The notes beneath the pieces were generated by a model. That model was not told the DNA's origin. It saw only the letters and a program-made list of their open reading frames with translations, and made no database searches. 64,000 nucleotides of DNA, taken from a virus. The stretch spans positions 1,438 through 65,437 of IMG/VR virus record IMGVR_UViG_3300038701_000531; one strand, written 5' to 3'. Below are positions 1 to 9,082 of this stretch, piece by piece. Position 1 is the first letter of the stretch. Each line of letters starts with the position of its first letter. Both the position numbers and the translations under genes were made by a program.

Positions 1-285
1 TCTAAAGTAGAGTATGTATTAAGTGAAGACGACCCGCTATGGTTAGATTTTATAGCAATTAAGAATAAGATTGATGAATTTAATAATATTATTAAAGGTT
101 TAGTAAAAGATAAAAAATCTTATGAGGAGGGGGTTAGTCAAGTACTAGAGGGTGTAAATACTACAGGGCAACTACTAGAACAATGGCCTGAAGTAGAGGA
201 TTATTTACCTCAAAATATTTCTAACCCTAGTAAAATTAATTTACCAAGTGTTAGTGTTTCAAAATTAAACGAAAAATTAAAATAG
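1..285 (+). CDS. partial CDS (3' end), Nmad5-like nucleotide-modification-associated protein
   Basis: Frame 1 is open to TAG at 283-285; C-terminal 'TTGQLLEQWPEVEDYLP..INLP' resembles the Nmad5 family. Confidence 0.45.
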   Translation, partial: SKVEYVLSEDDPLWLDFIAIKNKIDEFNNIIKGLVKDKKSYEEGVSQVLEGVNTTGQLLEQWPEVEDYLPQNISNPSKINLPSVSVSKLNEKLK

Positions 286-297
286 GAGAATATATAA

Positions 298-1269
298 ATG
301 GCTTTTAAACCAAAATCAGTAAATGAGAATACAGGGTCAACAATTGATTATAATGCAATCAACCAAAATGTGAAGGGTGGATCGCGTCCGTCTAGAGTTA
401 GTCTTATTGTAGATTTAGGAACACAGGAAAGAGAACCTTTTACTGAAGACTATAAAGAAACACCAGCTCAAGAGGAAGCTATTAAAGATGGTGTAGGCTG
501 GGTAGATGAAGTGGATGATAAGAAAGTATTCTTTAAAGAACAAGCCCCTAATGATCAAATTGCAGTCTTTGTAGACTTAACTAGTGATGTAGTAGATCAT
601 GGAGAAGATATTGGTAAGCAACCTTATCGCTTAATGGTGAATTCATCATTTATGGGGGATATCAAAGGTATTTCTTTTAGTGGTTGTTATAGTTTTGATA
701 AAGATGGTAGCATCCTAAAAGATAAAGGATTTACATTCCACTCTAATTCAGTATTAACTAAATTAGCTAATGCCACTAAACAGACTCAGATTGTTTCTGG
801 TAGTGGTGATGATAATATGGATGTGACTCAGTTACTAGATAAGCCTTTGATGGTTACTGTTAAGAAAGATGAACGTAAAGATAATACCTACATCAACTAC
901 AAAGGGTGTTCAGAAGTTCCTATGGTTCCGTCTGACCCTAGTGACCCAGATAGTGATGAAGTGGCTCTTAATGTTAAACCTCTTAAGACAAAACCTTTAG
1001 TTATTACATTTGATAATATAACTCCTGAAGTGGTTAAATTCTTACGTGGTGATGTTATTAAGAAGATTAAGAAAGCAACTAACTATGAAGGTAGTAAGAT
1101 GCAAGAAGTATTAGAAGCTGCTAATAAATCTAAAGCTGAAAAGGAAGATGATGCACCGAGTCAAGAGGAAAATAAAAAGAAAAAAGCTCCTGCGAAGGCT
1201 AAAAAAGTGGAGAAAGTAGAAGAGACTGATGATAATCCTTTTGAAGAACAGCCAGAGGAGTTATTCTAG
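298..1269 (+). CDS. putative ssDNA-binding/annealing protein
   Basis: 323 aa, RBS GGAG, acidic C-terminal tail ending in an aromatic residue (EEQPEELF), upstream of the exonuclease. Confidence 0.45.
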   Translation: MAFKPKSVNENTGSTIDYNAINQNVKGGSRPSRVSLIVDLGTQEREPFTEDYKETPAQEEAIKDGVGWVDEVDDKKVFFKEQAPNDQIAVFVDLTSDVVDHGEDIGKQPYRLMVNSSFMGDIKGISFSGCYSFDKDGSILKDKGFTFHSNSVLTKLANATKQTQIVSGSGDDNMDVTQLLDKPLMVTVKKDERKDNTYINYKGCSEVPMVPSDPSDPDSDEVALNVKPLKTKPLVITFDNITPEVVKFLRGDVIKKIKKATNYEGSKMQEVLEAANKSKAEKEDDAPSQEENKKKKAPAKAKKVEKVEETDDNPFEEQPEELF

Positions 1270-1372
1270 GGGTCTAGAAGCTCCGTAGTGAGGTTTTCTA
1301 TCATCAGTGATATGATAGGGTAGGTTTAATAATTAGACCTCTTAGAATGGCTCTGAGAGGTTCTATTAGTAT
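1268..1372. repeat. dispersed ~100-bp element (copy A)
   Basis: CTTAGAATGGCTCTGAGAGG (1341-1360) is the exact reverse complement of 52783-52802; TAGGGTAG core at 1316-1323. Confidence 0.7.
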
Positions 1373-1386
1373 TAAAGGAGAAACAA

Positions 1387-1638
1387 ATGACAGAAGTAGA
1401 ATTAGATACAAAAGATGTAGCAAATGCTATTGATGAATTACAAATCCAATTTGGTAATCAGGAAGTAGCAGCAGAGCAGATTAAAAGTATTATGGAATAC
1501 CTCAAAACTAAGTATGGTAAAGAGGAAGCTGATCGAATTAAGAAATTGGCTATGTTGATTCATAAAGACAAATATGATGTTACTATTGAGGAATATAATA
1601 ACATTGAAGAGCTTAATGAACAGGTTTATGGGGAGTAA
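1387..1638 (+). CDS. hypothetical protein
   Basis: 83-aa ORF, RBS AGGAG. Confidence 0.7.
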   Translation: MTEVELDTKDVANAIDELQIQFGNQEVAAEQIKSIMEYLKTKYGKEEADRIKKLAMLIHKDKYDVTIEEYNNIEELNEQVYGE

Positions 1639-1641
1639 GTT

Positions 1642-1818
1642 ATGTTATCTCTTATACTAAATATATGCTCTATTTGTTTTATTATTGTATATATTGTAAC
1701 CCTTACGGGAAGGTTAACAGGGTTTGATGTTAAAGAGGATGATATTATTCTATTATTAGGTTTTATCGCAGGTATTCAAGCTGACGTAATAGATATAAAA
1801 GATACTGTTAAGGGGTAG
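1642..1818 (+). CDS. small membrane protein (58 aa; absent from the ORF track)
   Basis: Manual translation MLSLILNICSICFIIVYIVTLTG...; RBS GGAG; hydrophobic. Confidence 0.5.
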   Translation: MLSLILNICSICFIIVYIVTLTGRLTGFDVKEDDIILLLGFIAGIQADVIDIKDTVKG

Positions 1819-1822
1819 GTAT

Positions 1823-2206
1823 ATGAGTAAGTTAGATAATCGTAAGTGGAAACCAATTATATTAAAAAGCTCTTTAAGGTGGTACACAGGGTATCAAGGG
1901 GACTATCATTTAGATAAAGAAGCTGGTAGAAGATATAATAGCACTCCATGTAGTGAAGGAGGTAAACACTACACAGATAAGCTAACAGTTAAACTAGCAG
2001 GTTATGGTCGAGGTAGGAGTGCTGCAAATTTCTATGTAGAGGATACTGAAGGTTATAAGTATATGATGAGTATGTCAGGTTTTTATAGTCTACTTGAGCA
2101 AGTATTAATTAAGGGAGTAACTATTAAGAGAGGTGGTTATTTCACAGCAACCTTTATGCAAACTAAACAAGGGGCTAATTATTTTATAGCACCTTATGAG
2201 GAGTGA
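1823..2206 (+). CDS. hypothetical protein
   Basis: 127-aa ORF in operon context. Confidence 0.7.
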   Translation: MSKLDNRKWKPIILKSSLRWYTGYQGDYHLDKEAGRRYNSTPCSEGGKHYTDKLTVKLAGYGRGRSAANFYVEDTEGYKYMMSMSGFYSLLEQVLIKGVTIKRGGYFTATFMQTKQGANYFIAPYEE

Positions 2207-3348
2207 GTATGAGCTTTAAACCTAAGAAGCCTAAAATAAAACCTTATGTACATAAGAAAAAAGATGACATAATTTATGATGATGAGGTAACAGCAGTTAT
2301 AGATTATGACTTAATATGCTTTAAAGCTGCTTCTGCTGGAGAGAAACGATTCATTATAGTTACTCATAAGCCTAGTGGAAGTAAAAAACAGTTTAAAACT
2401 AGAACTGAGTTCTATGGACATTATGCTAAAAAATCTGGTGGGTGGTTAGCAAAGACTAATAAAGAACGAGAAGAAAAAGGAAAAGAAATATTTCCTTTAG
2501 AGGACTTTGATATAGTTGATGATCGTAAAGTAGATGATATTAGTTTTATTTATAATTCTGTTAATAAAATGACAGCTAGAATATTAGATGCTTGTAAGAC
2601 TTCTACTTACAAAGCTTATTTAGGTTCAGGAGATAATTTTAGACATAAAGTAGCCACAGTAGAAAAGTATAAGGAAGGGCGTCAAGATTTAATTAAACCT
2701 CTGTACCTAGAGGAAACTAGGCAATATGTAAAAGATAAATTCAATGCAATAGAAATTAAAGAAAATGAAGATTTAACTAATCTAGAGGCAGATGATTATT
2801 TAGTCATAGAAGCCCATAAAGGGTATCAGGACTATTTAAAGACTAAGAGGTGCACTACCGTTCAGGTTAGTACTGACAAGGACTCCGCACAAGGAGAGGG
2901 GTTGTTTTATAATTATGATAAAATGAAAAAACCTTTTTTAGTTAAAGATTATGGACGGGTATTTATGTATCAACCGTCCTTAGACAGTAAAGAGGAAGTT
3001 AAGGGCTATGGTATGTGCTGGCTACTATGGCAAATGAGCGCAGGAGATTCTGCTGATACATATAAGCCAAGTAAACTAAGTAAAATGAATGTAGGTGATA
3101 TAGTTGCATATAAAAACTTAAAAGACACTAAAAATCTAAAAGAGGGTTTAGAAGCTACAGTTAGTCTTTACAAGAAAATGTACCCAGAACCTGTAACTTA
3201 CAATCATTGTATCACTGGAGAGGAAATAACTAAAGATTGGTTGGAACTAGCTAATGAATATTTTACCTTAGCTTATATGAAACGTTCTGAGAGTGATCAA
3301 ACTACCTTCACATGGTTATTAGAGGAATATAAAATTGAATATAAATGA
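2203..3348 (+). CDS. 5'-3' exodeoxyribonuclease
   Basis: IDYD, LEADD, STDKD and GDSADTY acidic motifs of the FEN/T7-exonuclease-like fold. Confidence 0.82.
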   Translation: MSMSFKPKKPKIKPYVHKKKDDIIYDDEVTAVIDYDLICFKAASAGEKRFIIVTHKPSGSKKQFKTRTEFYGHYAKKSGGWLAKTNKEREEKGKEIFPLEDFDIVDDRKVDDISFIYNSVNKMTARILDACKTSTYKAYLGSGDNFRHKVATVEKYKEGRQDLIKPLYLEETRQYVKDKFNAIEIKENEDLTNLEADDYLVIEAHKGYQDYLKTKRCTTVQVSTDKDSAQGEGLFYNYDKMKKPFLVKDYGRVFMYQPSLDSKEEVKGYGMCWLLWQMSAGDSADTYKPSKLSKMNVGDIVAYKNLKDTKNLKEGLEATVSLYKKMYPEPVTYNHCITGEEITKDWLELANEYFTLAYMKRSESDQTTFTWLLEEYKIEYK

Positions 3349-3601
3349 CGTTTTAGACTATATGAAAACTACAGACCTACATAAGTGGTGGTATGTAGAG
3401 GACTTGCGAGAGCATTCTTGGTCTTTGTATCAAGACGAGGTAAAGTGGGTAGTTGATGGGGAGGAGTGTAGTGCTGAGGTAAAACAAAGTACCACTGACC
3501 AAGGATTGTACTTTATTAATGCTGATAATGGTTGCGGAGATAATCTTACTTATATATTTGACACAGAGAAACAAGTATTAGAAGGCGAACTTGATGGATA
3601 A
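3335..3601 (+). CDS. hypothetical protein
   Basis: 88-aa ORF overlapping its neighbours. Confidence 0.65.
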   Translation: MNINDVLDYMKTTDLHKWWYVEDLREHSWSLYQDEVKWVVDGEECSAEVKQSTTDQGLYFINADNGCGDNLTYIFDTEKQVLEGELDG

Positions 3602-3830
3602 AATTAAAGACATGAGGGGAGTCCTCCTACAAGAAGGAGATGTTATTGCTTATGGTAGGTCTAGTAGGCATCACCCTATAAATATAGGAACTATAGAGGG
3701 CTTTGAAGAAGTAAGCGGCACTAATCGAGTATACATATTAGTTTTAGGTAAAGGTAACTCTAAAGTGGCTAAAATACCAAGTTATCACTCTGGTCGAATG
3801 ATAGTATTGCCATCACATTATATGGAGTAA
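3591..3830 (+). CDS. hypothetical protein
   Basis: 79-aa ORF, 'KDMRGVLLQEGDVIAY' phage motif. Confidence 0.65.
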   Translation: MMDKIKDMRGVLLQEGDVIAYGRSSRHHPINIGTIEGFEEVSGTNRVYILVLGKGNSKVAKIPSYHSGRMIVLPSHYME

Positions 3831-3832
3831 TT

Positions 3833-4360
3833 ATGATTGAACCTTGGGAGAAATACTCTCATATATGGAAAACTAAGTCAGCTTTCTTTACGTACTTAAG
3901 AGGCGCTATACGTAAATCTGTATGGAACTTATATCCGCCTAAATTAGACTTTAAGAATAAAGTGTGTAAGCCTCCCCCAGAGGGCATTGAGACTAGAGCT
4001 AAAACAGGAGCTTTCTGTGCTTTATCTGGTGAATGGGTAGGTAAGAGCAAAGGAGAAATAGACCATAAAGTTGGGAACGTATCTTTAAATGATTGGGAAG
4101 ATTTATTACCTTTTGTAGAACATCTATGTCTACGTTGTGAGGGTGACAATTTACAGTTAGTAACTAAAGAAGCCCACAAAATTAAAAGCTACGCTGAAAA
4201 GCATAACATATCTTATCAAGAAGCTAAAATCCAGAAGGAGACAATAAATATCTGTAAAGGGGATGAAAAAGAATGGTTACTAGAAAGAGGTATAACACCC
4301 GCTAGTAACGCTAAGAAAAGACGTCAACAGGTACTAGAGGAGCTTAGTAAGAATGACTGA
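3833..4360 (+). CDS. HNH-like endonuclease
   Basis: CALSGEW..EIDHKVG..NLQLVTKEAHKIKS. Confidence 0.65.
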   Translation: MIEPWEKYSHIWKTKSAFFTYLRGAIRKSVWNLYPPKLDFKNKVCKPPPEGIETRAKTGAFCALSGEWVGKSKGEIDHKVGNVSLNDWEDLLPFVEHLCLRCEGDNLQLVTKEAHKIKSYAEKHNISYQEAKIQKETINICKGDEKEWLLERGITPASNAKKRRQQVLEELSKND

Positions 4361-4526
4361 ATTTAATAAAGGTCAAGAACACTATAAAAATGGTGGTCGT
4401 GTTACAAGACGTTATGGAACTTTCTCTGGAGAATTTCATAGAGGTTATGTAGCTGAAGAAAGAATTAGTCGTTGTGGGTATAATAAATTACATTGGAATA
4501 AATCAAACAGAGTTAAAAGTTATTAA
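4353..4526 (+). CDS. hypothetical protein (57 aa; absent from the ORF track)
   Basis: ATGA overlap with upstream stop, RBS GGAG; MTEFNKGQEHY... Confidence 0.5.
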   Translation: MTEFNKGQEHYKNGGRVTRRYGTFSGEFHRGYVAEERISRCGYNKLHWNKSNRVKSY

Positions 4527-4536
4527 GGAGAGATTA

Positions 4537-4932
4537 ATGAGTGAGACTAGAACAGATATTATAATGCGTTACCAACTTGGGGTAGCTGAAACCGTAGAAG
4601 AAGCTATTAGTATTATAGAACCGCTATTAGGTAAACCAGAAAGTGAAGATGAATTTTACTTTGAACCTAAAGGTAAATTTAAAGCTTCTTGGATTAATAA
4701 TAAAGTATTTCTAGATTACTACTTTGTTGATGGTGCAACTACTTATTGTGATTTAGATTTTAGTTTAGGATTTGAAGAAGTAAATGAGGTGAGATCAGAG
4801 TTTGATAATGTGTTTACAGGGGAACAAGATATTTATATTGAGGATTGTTTACAGCCTTATGTAGATGGCGCAACATTAAGAGTGTTTCAGTATTATGATG
4901 GTGGATGTAGTGGTATATCGGAGGTAGAATAA
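4537..4932 (+). CDS. hypothetical protein
   Basis: Start moved to ATG 4537 (RBS AGGAG). Confidence 0.65.
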   Translation: MSETRTDIIMRYQLGVAETVEEAISIIEPLLGKPESEDEFYFEPKGKFKASWINNKVFLDYYFVDGATTYCDLDFSLGFEEVNEVRSEFDNVFTGEQDIYIEDCLQPYVDGATLRVFQYYDGGCSGISEVE

Positions 4933-4933
4933 T

Positions 4934-5971
4934 TTGAATTTAACAAAGAAAGAATTAGATTATATAGCTGAGAAATTAGCAGATAATATTAGTAATAGAC
5001 AAATCGCAAGAGATCTTTGGGGAGAATCAAATCAAGAATATAAAGTTCGTAGGGCTATTAATAATGGTTTAGTAGGGGTTAATGATAATCAGGGAGATAA
5101 ATCATTAAATGAAGCTATTGATTTGGAAGTCTTTAACCCTAAAGTTAATGTTTATAGTATTGAAACTAGTAAGACAGTAGTACCAAACGTTACCCATTTA
5201 ATGATACCTGATACACAATGTAAGCCAGATATATCTTTAGATTATTTAAAATGGTTAGGAGAGTATATAGCAGAGAAGCAGCCCGAGGTTATTATCCATA
5301 TTGGAGACCACGCTGATATGGAGTCTTTGAGTTCTTATGACAAAGGGAAGGGTAAAGCTGAGGGTAAGAGAGTACAAAAAGATATTGACGCAGCTATTGA
5401 GGGTATGAATGTACTACTTAAACCTCTTTATGACCTTCAACAGCAACAGAGGAAAGAAGTAGGGGAGGTTCTGTATAAACCTAAGATGGTTATGACTATA
5501 GGAAATCATGAAGAAAGGATTATGAGGCATGTTAATGATAACCCCGAACTACAAGGTTTCCTTGATTATGATAATCTTAAGTATAAAGATTTTGGATGGG
5601 AGGTTTATGATTTCTTAAAACCTGTAATAGTTAATGGGGTAAGTTACTGTCATTATATGGCAAACCCTATGACAGGAAGACCTTATGGAGGTATGGCTAT
5701 GAACGTCCTTAAGAATGTAGGAGAGAGCTTCTGTATGGGACATAAACAATGTTTAGATGTTGCTACAAGGTTCTTACCAGCATCAGGGAAGCAGCAATGG
5801 GCTATAATTGCAGGGGCTTATTATGAGCATAACGAAGACTATAAAGGGCATCAAGGGAATCATCATTGGAGAGGGGTTGTTATGCAACATAATGTTAAAA
5901 ACGGTAGTTTTAATCCTATGTTTGTTGATTTAGAGTATCTAAAGGATAGGTATGGCGCACAAAGATTATAA
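4934..5971 (+). CDS. calcineurin-like metallophosphoesterase with N-terminal HTH-like segment
   Basis: PDTQ, HIGDHAD, GNHE, CHY and GHKQ motifs. Confidence 0.85.
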   Translation: MNLTKKELDYIAEKLADNISNRQIARDLWGESNQEYKVRRAINNGLVGVNDNQGDKSLNEAIDLEVFNPKVNVYSIETSKTVVPNVTHLMIPDTQCKPDISLDYLKWLGEYIAEKQPEVIIHIGDHADMESLSSYDKGKGKAEGKRVQKDIDAAIEGMNVLLKPLYDLQQQQRKEVGEVLYKPKMVMTIGNHEERIMRHVNDNPELQGFLDYDNLKYKDFGWEVYDFLKPVIVNGVSYCHYMANPMTGRPYGGMAMNVLKNVGESFCMGHKQCLDVATRFLPASGKQQWAIIAGAYYEHNEDYKGHQGNHHWRGVVMQHNVKNGSFNPMFVDLEYLKDRYGAQRL

Positions 5972-6033
5972 ATTTTACAATGTACTATAACTGAGTTTTG
6001 TTTCATCCAAAGAAATTATTTTAATAAATACTA

Positions 6034-6062
6034 TTGCTTTTGAATAATTTCTTTGCTACTAT
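6034..6062 (+). promoter_or_regulatory. sigma70-like promoter
   Basis: TTGCTT-17 nt-TACTAT with extended -10 TG. Confidence 0.5.
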
Positions 6063-6133
6063 AGTTACCAGTTCCTAGAGTTTTGTTGCAAACGTTATAT
6101 TTCAAAGGCTCTAGGTAATATTTTAAATAATTG

Positions 6134-6162
6134 TTGTGTTATCCTAATAAGTTTGCTATTAT
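6134..6162 (+). promoter_or_regulatory. sigma70-like promoter heading the TAACAGA gene array
   Basis: TTGTGT-17 nt-TATTAT with extended -10 TG. Confidence 0.55.
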
Positions 6163-6200
6163 TAATGCATCAATATAACAGAGAGAAAAACGAGGGATTT

Positions 6201-6383
6201 ATGTTTGATACATCGAAAATAAAGATATTTAAGTTGGCTGATTTATCAGAGCGAACACTTAAGGTTAAGACTTTTTCCGACTCCATTGACCATTCGCAAA
6301 TGACGATAGCATTCGATTTAAAAACGGGCGAACACTTTGTTTTGGAATTTAAACAAATTCCGCAATGTGTTGAATCAAATTAA
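6201..6383 (+). CDS. array gene 1, hypothetical (60 aa)
   Basis: Start moved to ATG 6201 after GAGG; ends TAA-C. Confidence 0.7.
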   Translation: MFDTSKIKIFKLADLSERTLKVKTFSDSIDHSQMTIAFDLKTGEHFVLEFKQIPQCVESN

Positions 6384-6401
6384 CAGACAGGAGTTACCGA
6401 G

Positions 6402-6770
6402 ATGGAAAATTTTGATGTAAAGAAAAGTGATATATGGATGCTTGGCGAGGAAACGACAAAGGAAGAAGATAGGGTTGTTCGAACAGCAACTCCCGGGACT
6501 GTTGTTTATAAACCTGTAATGGGATTTGGGAAAGTCGAAATTGAAAGATACGTAGTGCTAAACCTTTATGCTGATCATGGTGGTGGATATTGCATTGTTG
6601 TCGCTAGGTTGCGCAGAGCAGAGTTGGATAGTTATGCCGCCCTTGATAGGAAGGTGACGTCTTGGAAACGGTTTAAATTCAACAATGAAATGGGCGACTT
6701 TTATACAAGGAAGGAAGATGCCGAATACATTGCCAGATGCCACGTTAGAAAAATTTCTGAAACAATTTAA
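6402..6770 (+). CDS. array gene 2, hypothetical
   Basis: 122 aa, RBS AGGAG inside the junction. Confidence 0.75.
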   Translation: MENFDVKKSDIWMLGEETTKEEDRVVRTATPGTVVYKPVMGFGKVEIERYVVLNLYADHGGGYCIVVARLRRAELDSYAALDRKVTSWKRFKFNNEMGDFYTRKEDAEYIARCHVRKISETI

Positions 6771-6784
6771 CAGATAGGTGAGTC

Positions 6785-7102
6785 ATGGAACCACTAACGT
6801 TTAAAGATATTGAAGAAATGAGCGAGAAGCTTAAATCAGTTCAAGAAGAAGCATTGAGAGGTTTGTTTTCTTGTTTTAAAGATGCTGATTACGACAGGGG
6901 CGACCAAATCATAATGCACTCGTCTTTGTTAAAAGGTCAGTCAATACCAGAATGGGCTAGCCATGTTATTCATTCGTCTGGCTGGATAGAAAGCGGTGCT
7001 TATTACGTTGTTAAAGGTAATAACGAAAAGGTTGAGTTGAAAATTAATGTGCCGATGTTCGTAGAGTGTGACCCACGTTCAATTCTACGTGTAACGGTAT
7101 AA
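6785..7102 (+). CDS. array gene 3, hypothetical
   Basis: 105 aa. Confidence 0.75.
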   Translation: MEPLTFKDIEEMSEKLKSVQEEALRGLFSCFKDADYDRGDQIIMHSSLLKGQSIPEWASHVIHSSGWIESGAYYVVKGNNEKVELKINVPMFVECDPRSILRVTV

Positions 7103-7116
7103 CAGATAGGTGAGTC

Positions 7117-7338
7117 ATGAATTTTAGAGATAGTGTACCAATCGAATTTTACAACGAAAAGGTATCTGGAAAATCGCACCCCAAAGTGCGGACAGTCGGT
7201 GAACTTAAAAAGCAGTTAGAAAGATTACCCGACGATTTACCGTTGCTGTATGACAACGAAGAAGAAGTTTATGAAATGGTGGTATACAACATTGACTCAA
7301 ATGCACACCTATCTCTTGTAGAAAAAGACTGTGGTTAA
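7117..7338 (+). CDS. array gene 4, hypothetical
   Basis: 73 aa, 'TVGELKKQLERLPDD' phage motif. Confidence 0.75.
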   Translation: MNFRDSVPIEFYNEKVSGKSHPKVRTVGELKKQLERLPDDLPLLYDNEEEVYEMVVYNIDSNAHLSLVEKDCG

Positions 7339-7364
7339 CAATTTAACAGATAGGAGAAATCAAA

Positions 7365-7547
7365 ATGGGTAGAGTTTATTCAGAGGCCGAAAAAATGGCG
7401 CAAGTAGCATCCTTGCAAAGAAACGGAAGACACAACGAAGCAGCTAACCTATCCCAAAGGTATGGGAATGAGCGCAAAAACCCGTCTTTAAAAAATCATT
7501 TCTGGAATGAGGCAGAGCGATCTCGTCGAATTAGAGACTCAGATTAA
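7365..7547 (+). CDS. array gene 5, hypothetical
   Basis: 60 aa. Confidence 0.7.
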   Translation: MGRVYSEAEKMAQVASLQRNGRHNEAANLSQRYGNERKNPSLKNHFWNEAERSRRIRDSD

Positions 7548-7565
7548 CAGATACACGCAAGGGGA

Positions 7566-8222
7566 ATGGAAATGGAAAATCAATTTTACTTAGTTTGTCG
7601 TCATGGCAATTGTGGTACTAACGTGATGTTTCATAACAAAGACGAAAACGGTTATGGAACTGACATAGACAACCTTCAGGTTTATACGGCTGAAGAAGGT
7701 CAAAAAGCTCTTGGCTATGACATTAAGTCATTACCCCTTTTAAAGTCTGCTGTAGACGAATTATCTATTAGATCAGTTGATTGTCAGTATGTAAGCCAAA
7801 ATGACGAACAGGAAGACCCTAACGGCGAATATATAGTCCAAGTCAAAGGCTGTTGGAATGGTAACGACATAGCCTTTGTCATGATGGGTGGTCAAACATA
7901 CGACTTAGACAAAGCGGCAGTATTCAGCCTTGAAGATGCGAAATCTGTATGCGGGTTTGATACTGACATTTGGTCAAAAGCTTATCTCATTTCGAAATCT
8001 AGACGAACCTTTCAAGAACAGAATATTTCAATTAGAAAAATGGTTACTGGTGCTGGTATCAAATACAAGAAACCAAGAAAGCGACGTGAGACATCTGGCA
8101 AGACTCGTCACAACTGCCCTAACTGCGGAAAAATCGTTTGGGATTACAACCCTTATGAAGCTCCGAATTGCTCAACTTATTGTGAGATTATGATGGCTCG
8201 TAATCCGTCATACGCCTACTAA
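7566..8222 (+). CDS. array gene 6, hypothetical with C-terminal Cys-rich (Zn-ribbon-like) segment
   Basis: 218 aa, CPNC...CSTYC. Confidence 0.75.
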   Translation: MEMENQFYLVCRHGNCGTNVMFHNKDENGYGTDIDNLQVYTAEEGQKALGYDIKSLPLLKSAVDELSIRSVDCQYVSQNDEQEDPNGEYIVQVKGCWNGNDIAFVMMGGQTYDLDKAAVFSLEDAKSVCGFDTDIWSKAYLISKSRRTFQEQNISIRKMVTGAGIKYKKPRKRRETSGKTRHNCPNCGKIVWDYNPYEAPNCSTYCEIMMARNPSYAY

Positions 8223-8247
8223 CCAAATTAACAGATAGAGGGAAGAC

Positions 8248-8574
8248 ATGGGAATCAATAAAAACAATGTCGTTTACTTGTTAAACGAGCTAGCAAATTC
8301 AGAGCCAGAGCAGTATGAAACTGGCGTAATGGAGATTCAATTTGAAGATGAAGATGGGCGTGATACTGGTTGTGATGTAAGCGTTAGCGAATTGGCAACT
8401 AGCGCGTCAATCAGAATTGAAAAATTAGAAGAGACTTGTCAGCGACTAAAAGACTTGCATCTTTGGTCACTCGGTCACTTCAATTTCCCGACGAAACAGG
8501 ACGGTGACGGTGCATATTGGTGGCGCAAAGAATTACGCCAAAAGCTAAACGAAATCCTGCATGAAGCAGGATAA
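8248..8574 (+). CDS. array gene 7, hypothetical
   Basis: 108 aa. Confidence 0.75.
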   Translation: MGINKNNVVYLLNELANSEPEQYETGVMEIQFEDEDGRDTGCDVSVSELATSASIRIEKLEETCQRLKDLHLWSLGHFNFPTKQDGDGAYWWRKELRQKLNEILHEAG

Positions 8575-8589
8575 CAGATAGCAAAGACA

Positions 8590-8694
8590 ATGGAATTTGG
8601 CGATTGGATAAATTTGTTGATCATTATAGTTATTGTCGCTGTTTGGTTCAGCCCAACAGAGCGAAATAGACGTAGAAACAATAGGAGTTACTAA
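8590..8694 (+). CDS. array gene 8, 34-aa single-pass membrane peptide (absent from the ORF track)
   Basis: MEFGDWINLLIIIVIVAVWFSPTERNRRRNNRSY*; TAATG coupling to the next gene. Confidence 0.55.
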   Translation: MEFGDWINLLIIIVIVAVWFSPTERNRRRNNRSY

Positions 8695-9023
8695 TGGAAA
8701 CTTTACCAGATTTTGAAATTTGTAAGCGAATAGCTGAAATAGAGGGTTTTGAAAAAGCTTTATTTGAGGGGGTTGAGGAAAGAGATTTCTTTGTCAAGTG
8801 TGAAAGTTTTAATGTACAAAGATTTAATCCTTTGACAGATGATGGTTTATGTTTTCATTTAATGTTAAAACATAATATTACTTTCTATAGTAAAAATCAT
8901 ATAATAGGTAATACTAAATATGGCGCTCGTAAATTTATAATTAATCACCCTAAAACAATAACTGATGAAAATCCAAATAGGGCTATATGTTTAGCTATTA
9001 TTGACGCTAATAAACTAAAATAA
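8694..9023 (+). CDS. DUF2591-like phage protein
   Basis: FNPLTDDGLCFHLM...NPNRAICLAII. Confidence 0.55.
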   Translation: METLPDFEICKRIAEIEGFEKALFEGVEERDFFVKCESFNVQRFNPLTDDGLCFHLMLKHNITFYSKNHIIGNTKYGARKFIINHPKTITDENPNRAICLAIIDANKLK

Positions 9024-9036
9024 TTTAAAAACTCAA

Positions 9037-9066
9037 TTGACATGAGTATCTAAAATAGGTTAATAT
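9037..9066 (+). promoter_or_regulatory. sigma70-like promoter for the tRNA pair
   Basis: TTGACA-18 nt-TAATAT. Confidence 0.5.
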
Positions 9067-9082
9067 TCATTGTCTACTAAAT

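Larger units (their letters stand above)
6176..8581 (+). repeat. eight TAACAGA(T/C/G)A junction motifs, one before each small gene
   Basis: Copies at 6176, 6381, 6768, 7100, 7344, 7545, 8229, 8572; TAACAGATAGGTGAGTCATG identical at 6768 and 7100; AACAATTTAACAGATAGG identical at 6761 and 7337. Confidence 0.92.

Noticed and set aside
6176-8581. TAACAGA junctions as a CRISPR array or as full attC sites
   Set aside because: The repeats are 7-20 nt separated by whole genes of variable length; no cas genes. Junctions are only about 15-27 nt with no L/R-box hairpin, so they are not canonical attC sites.
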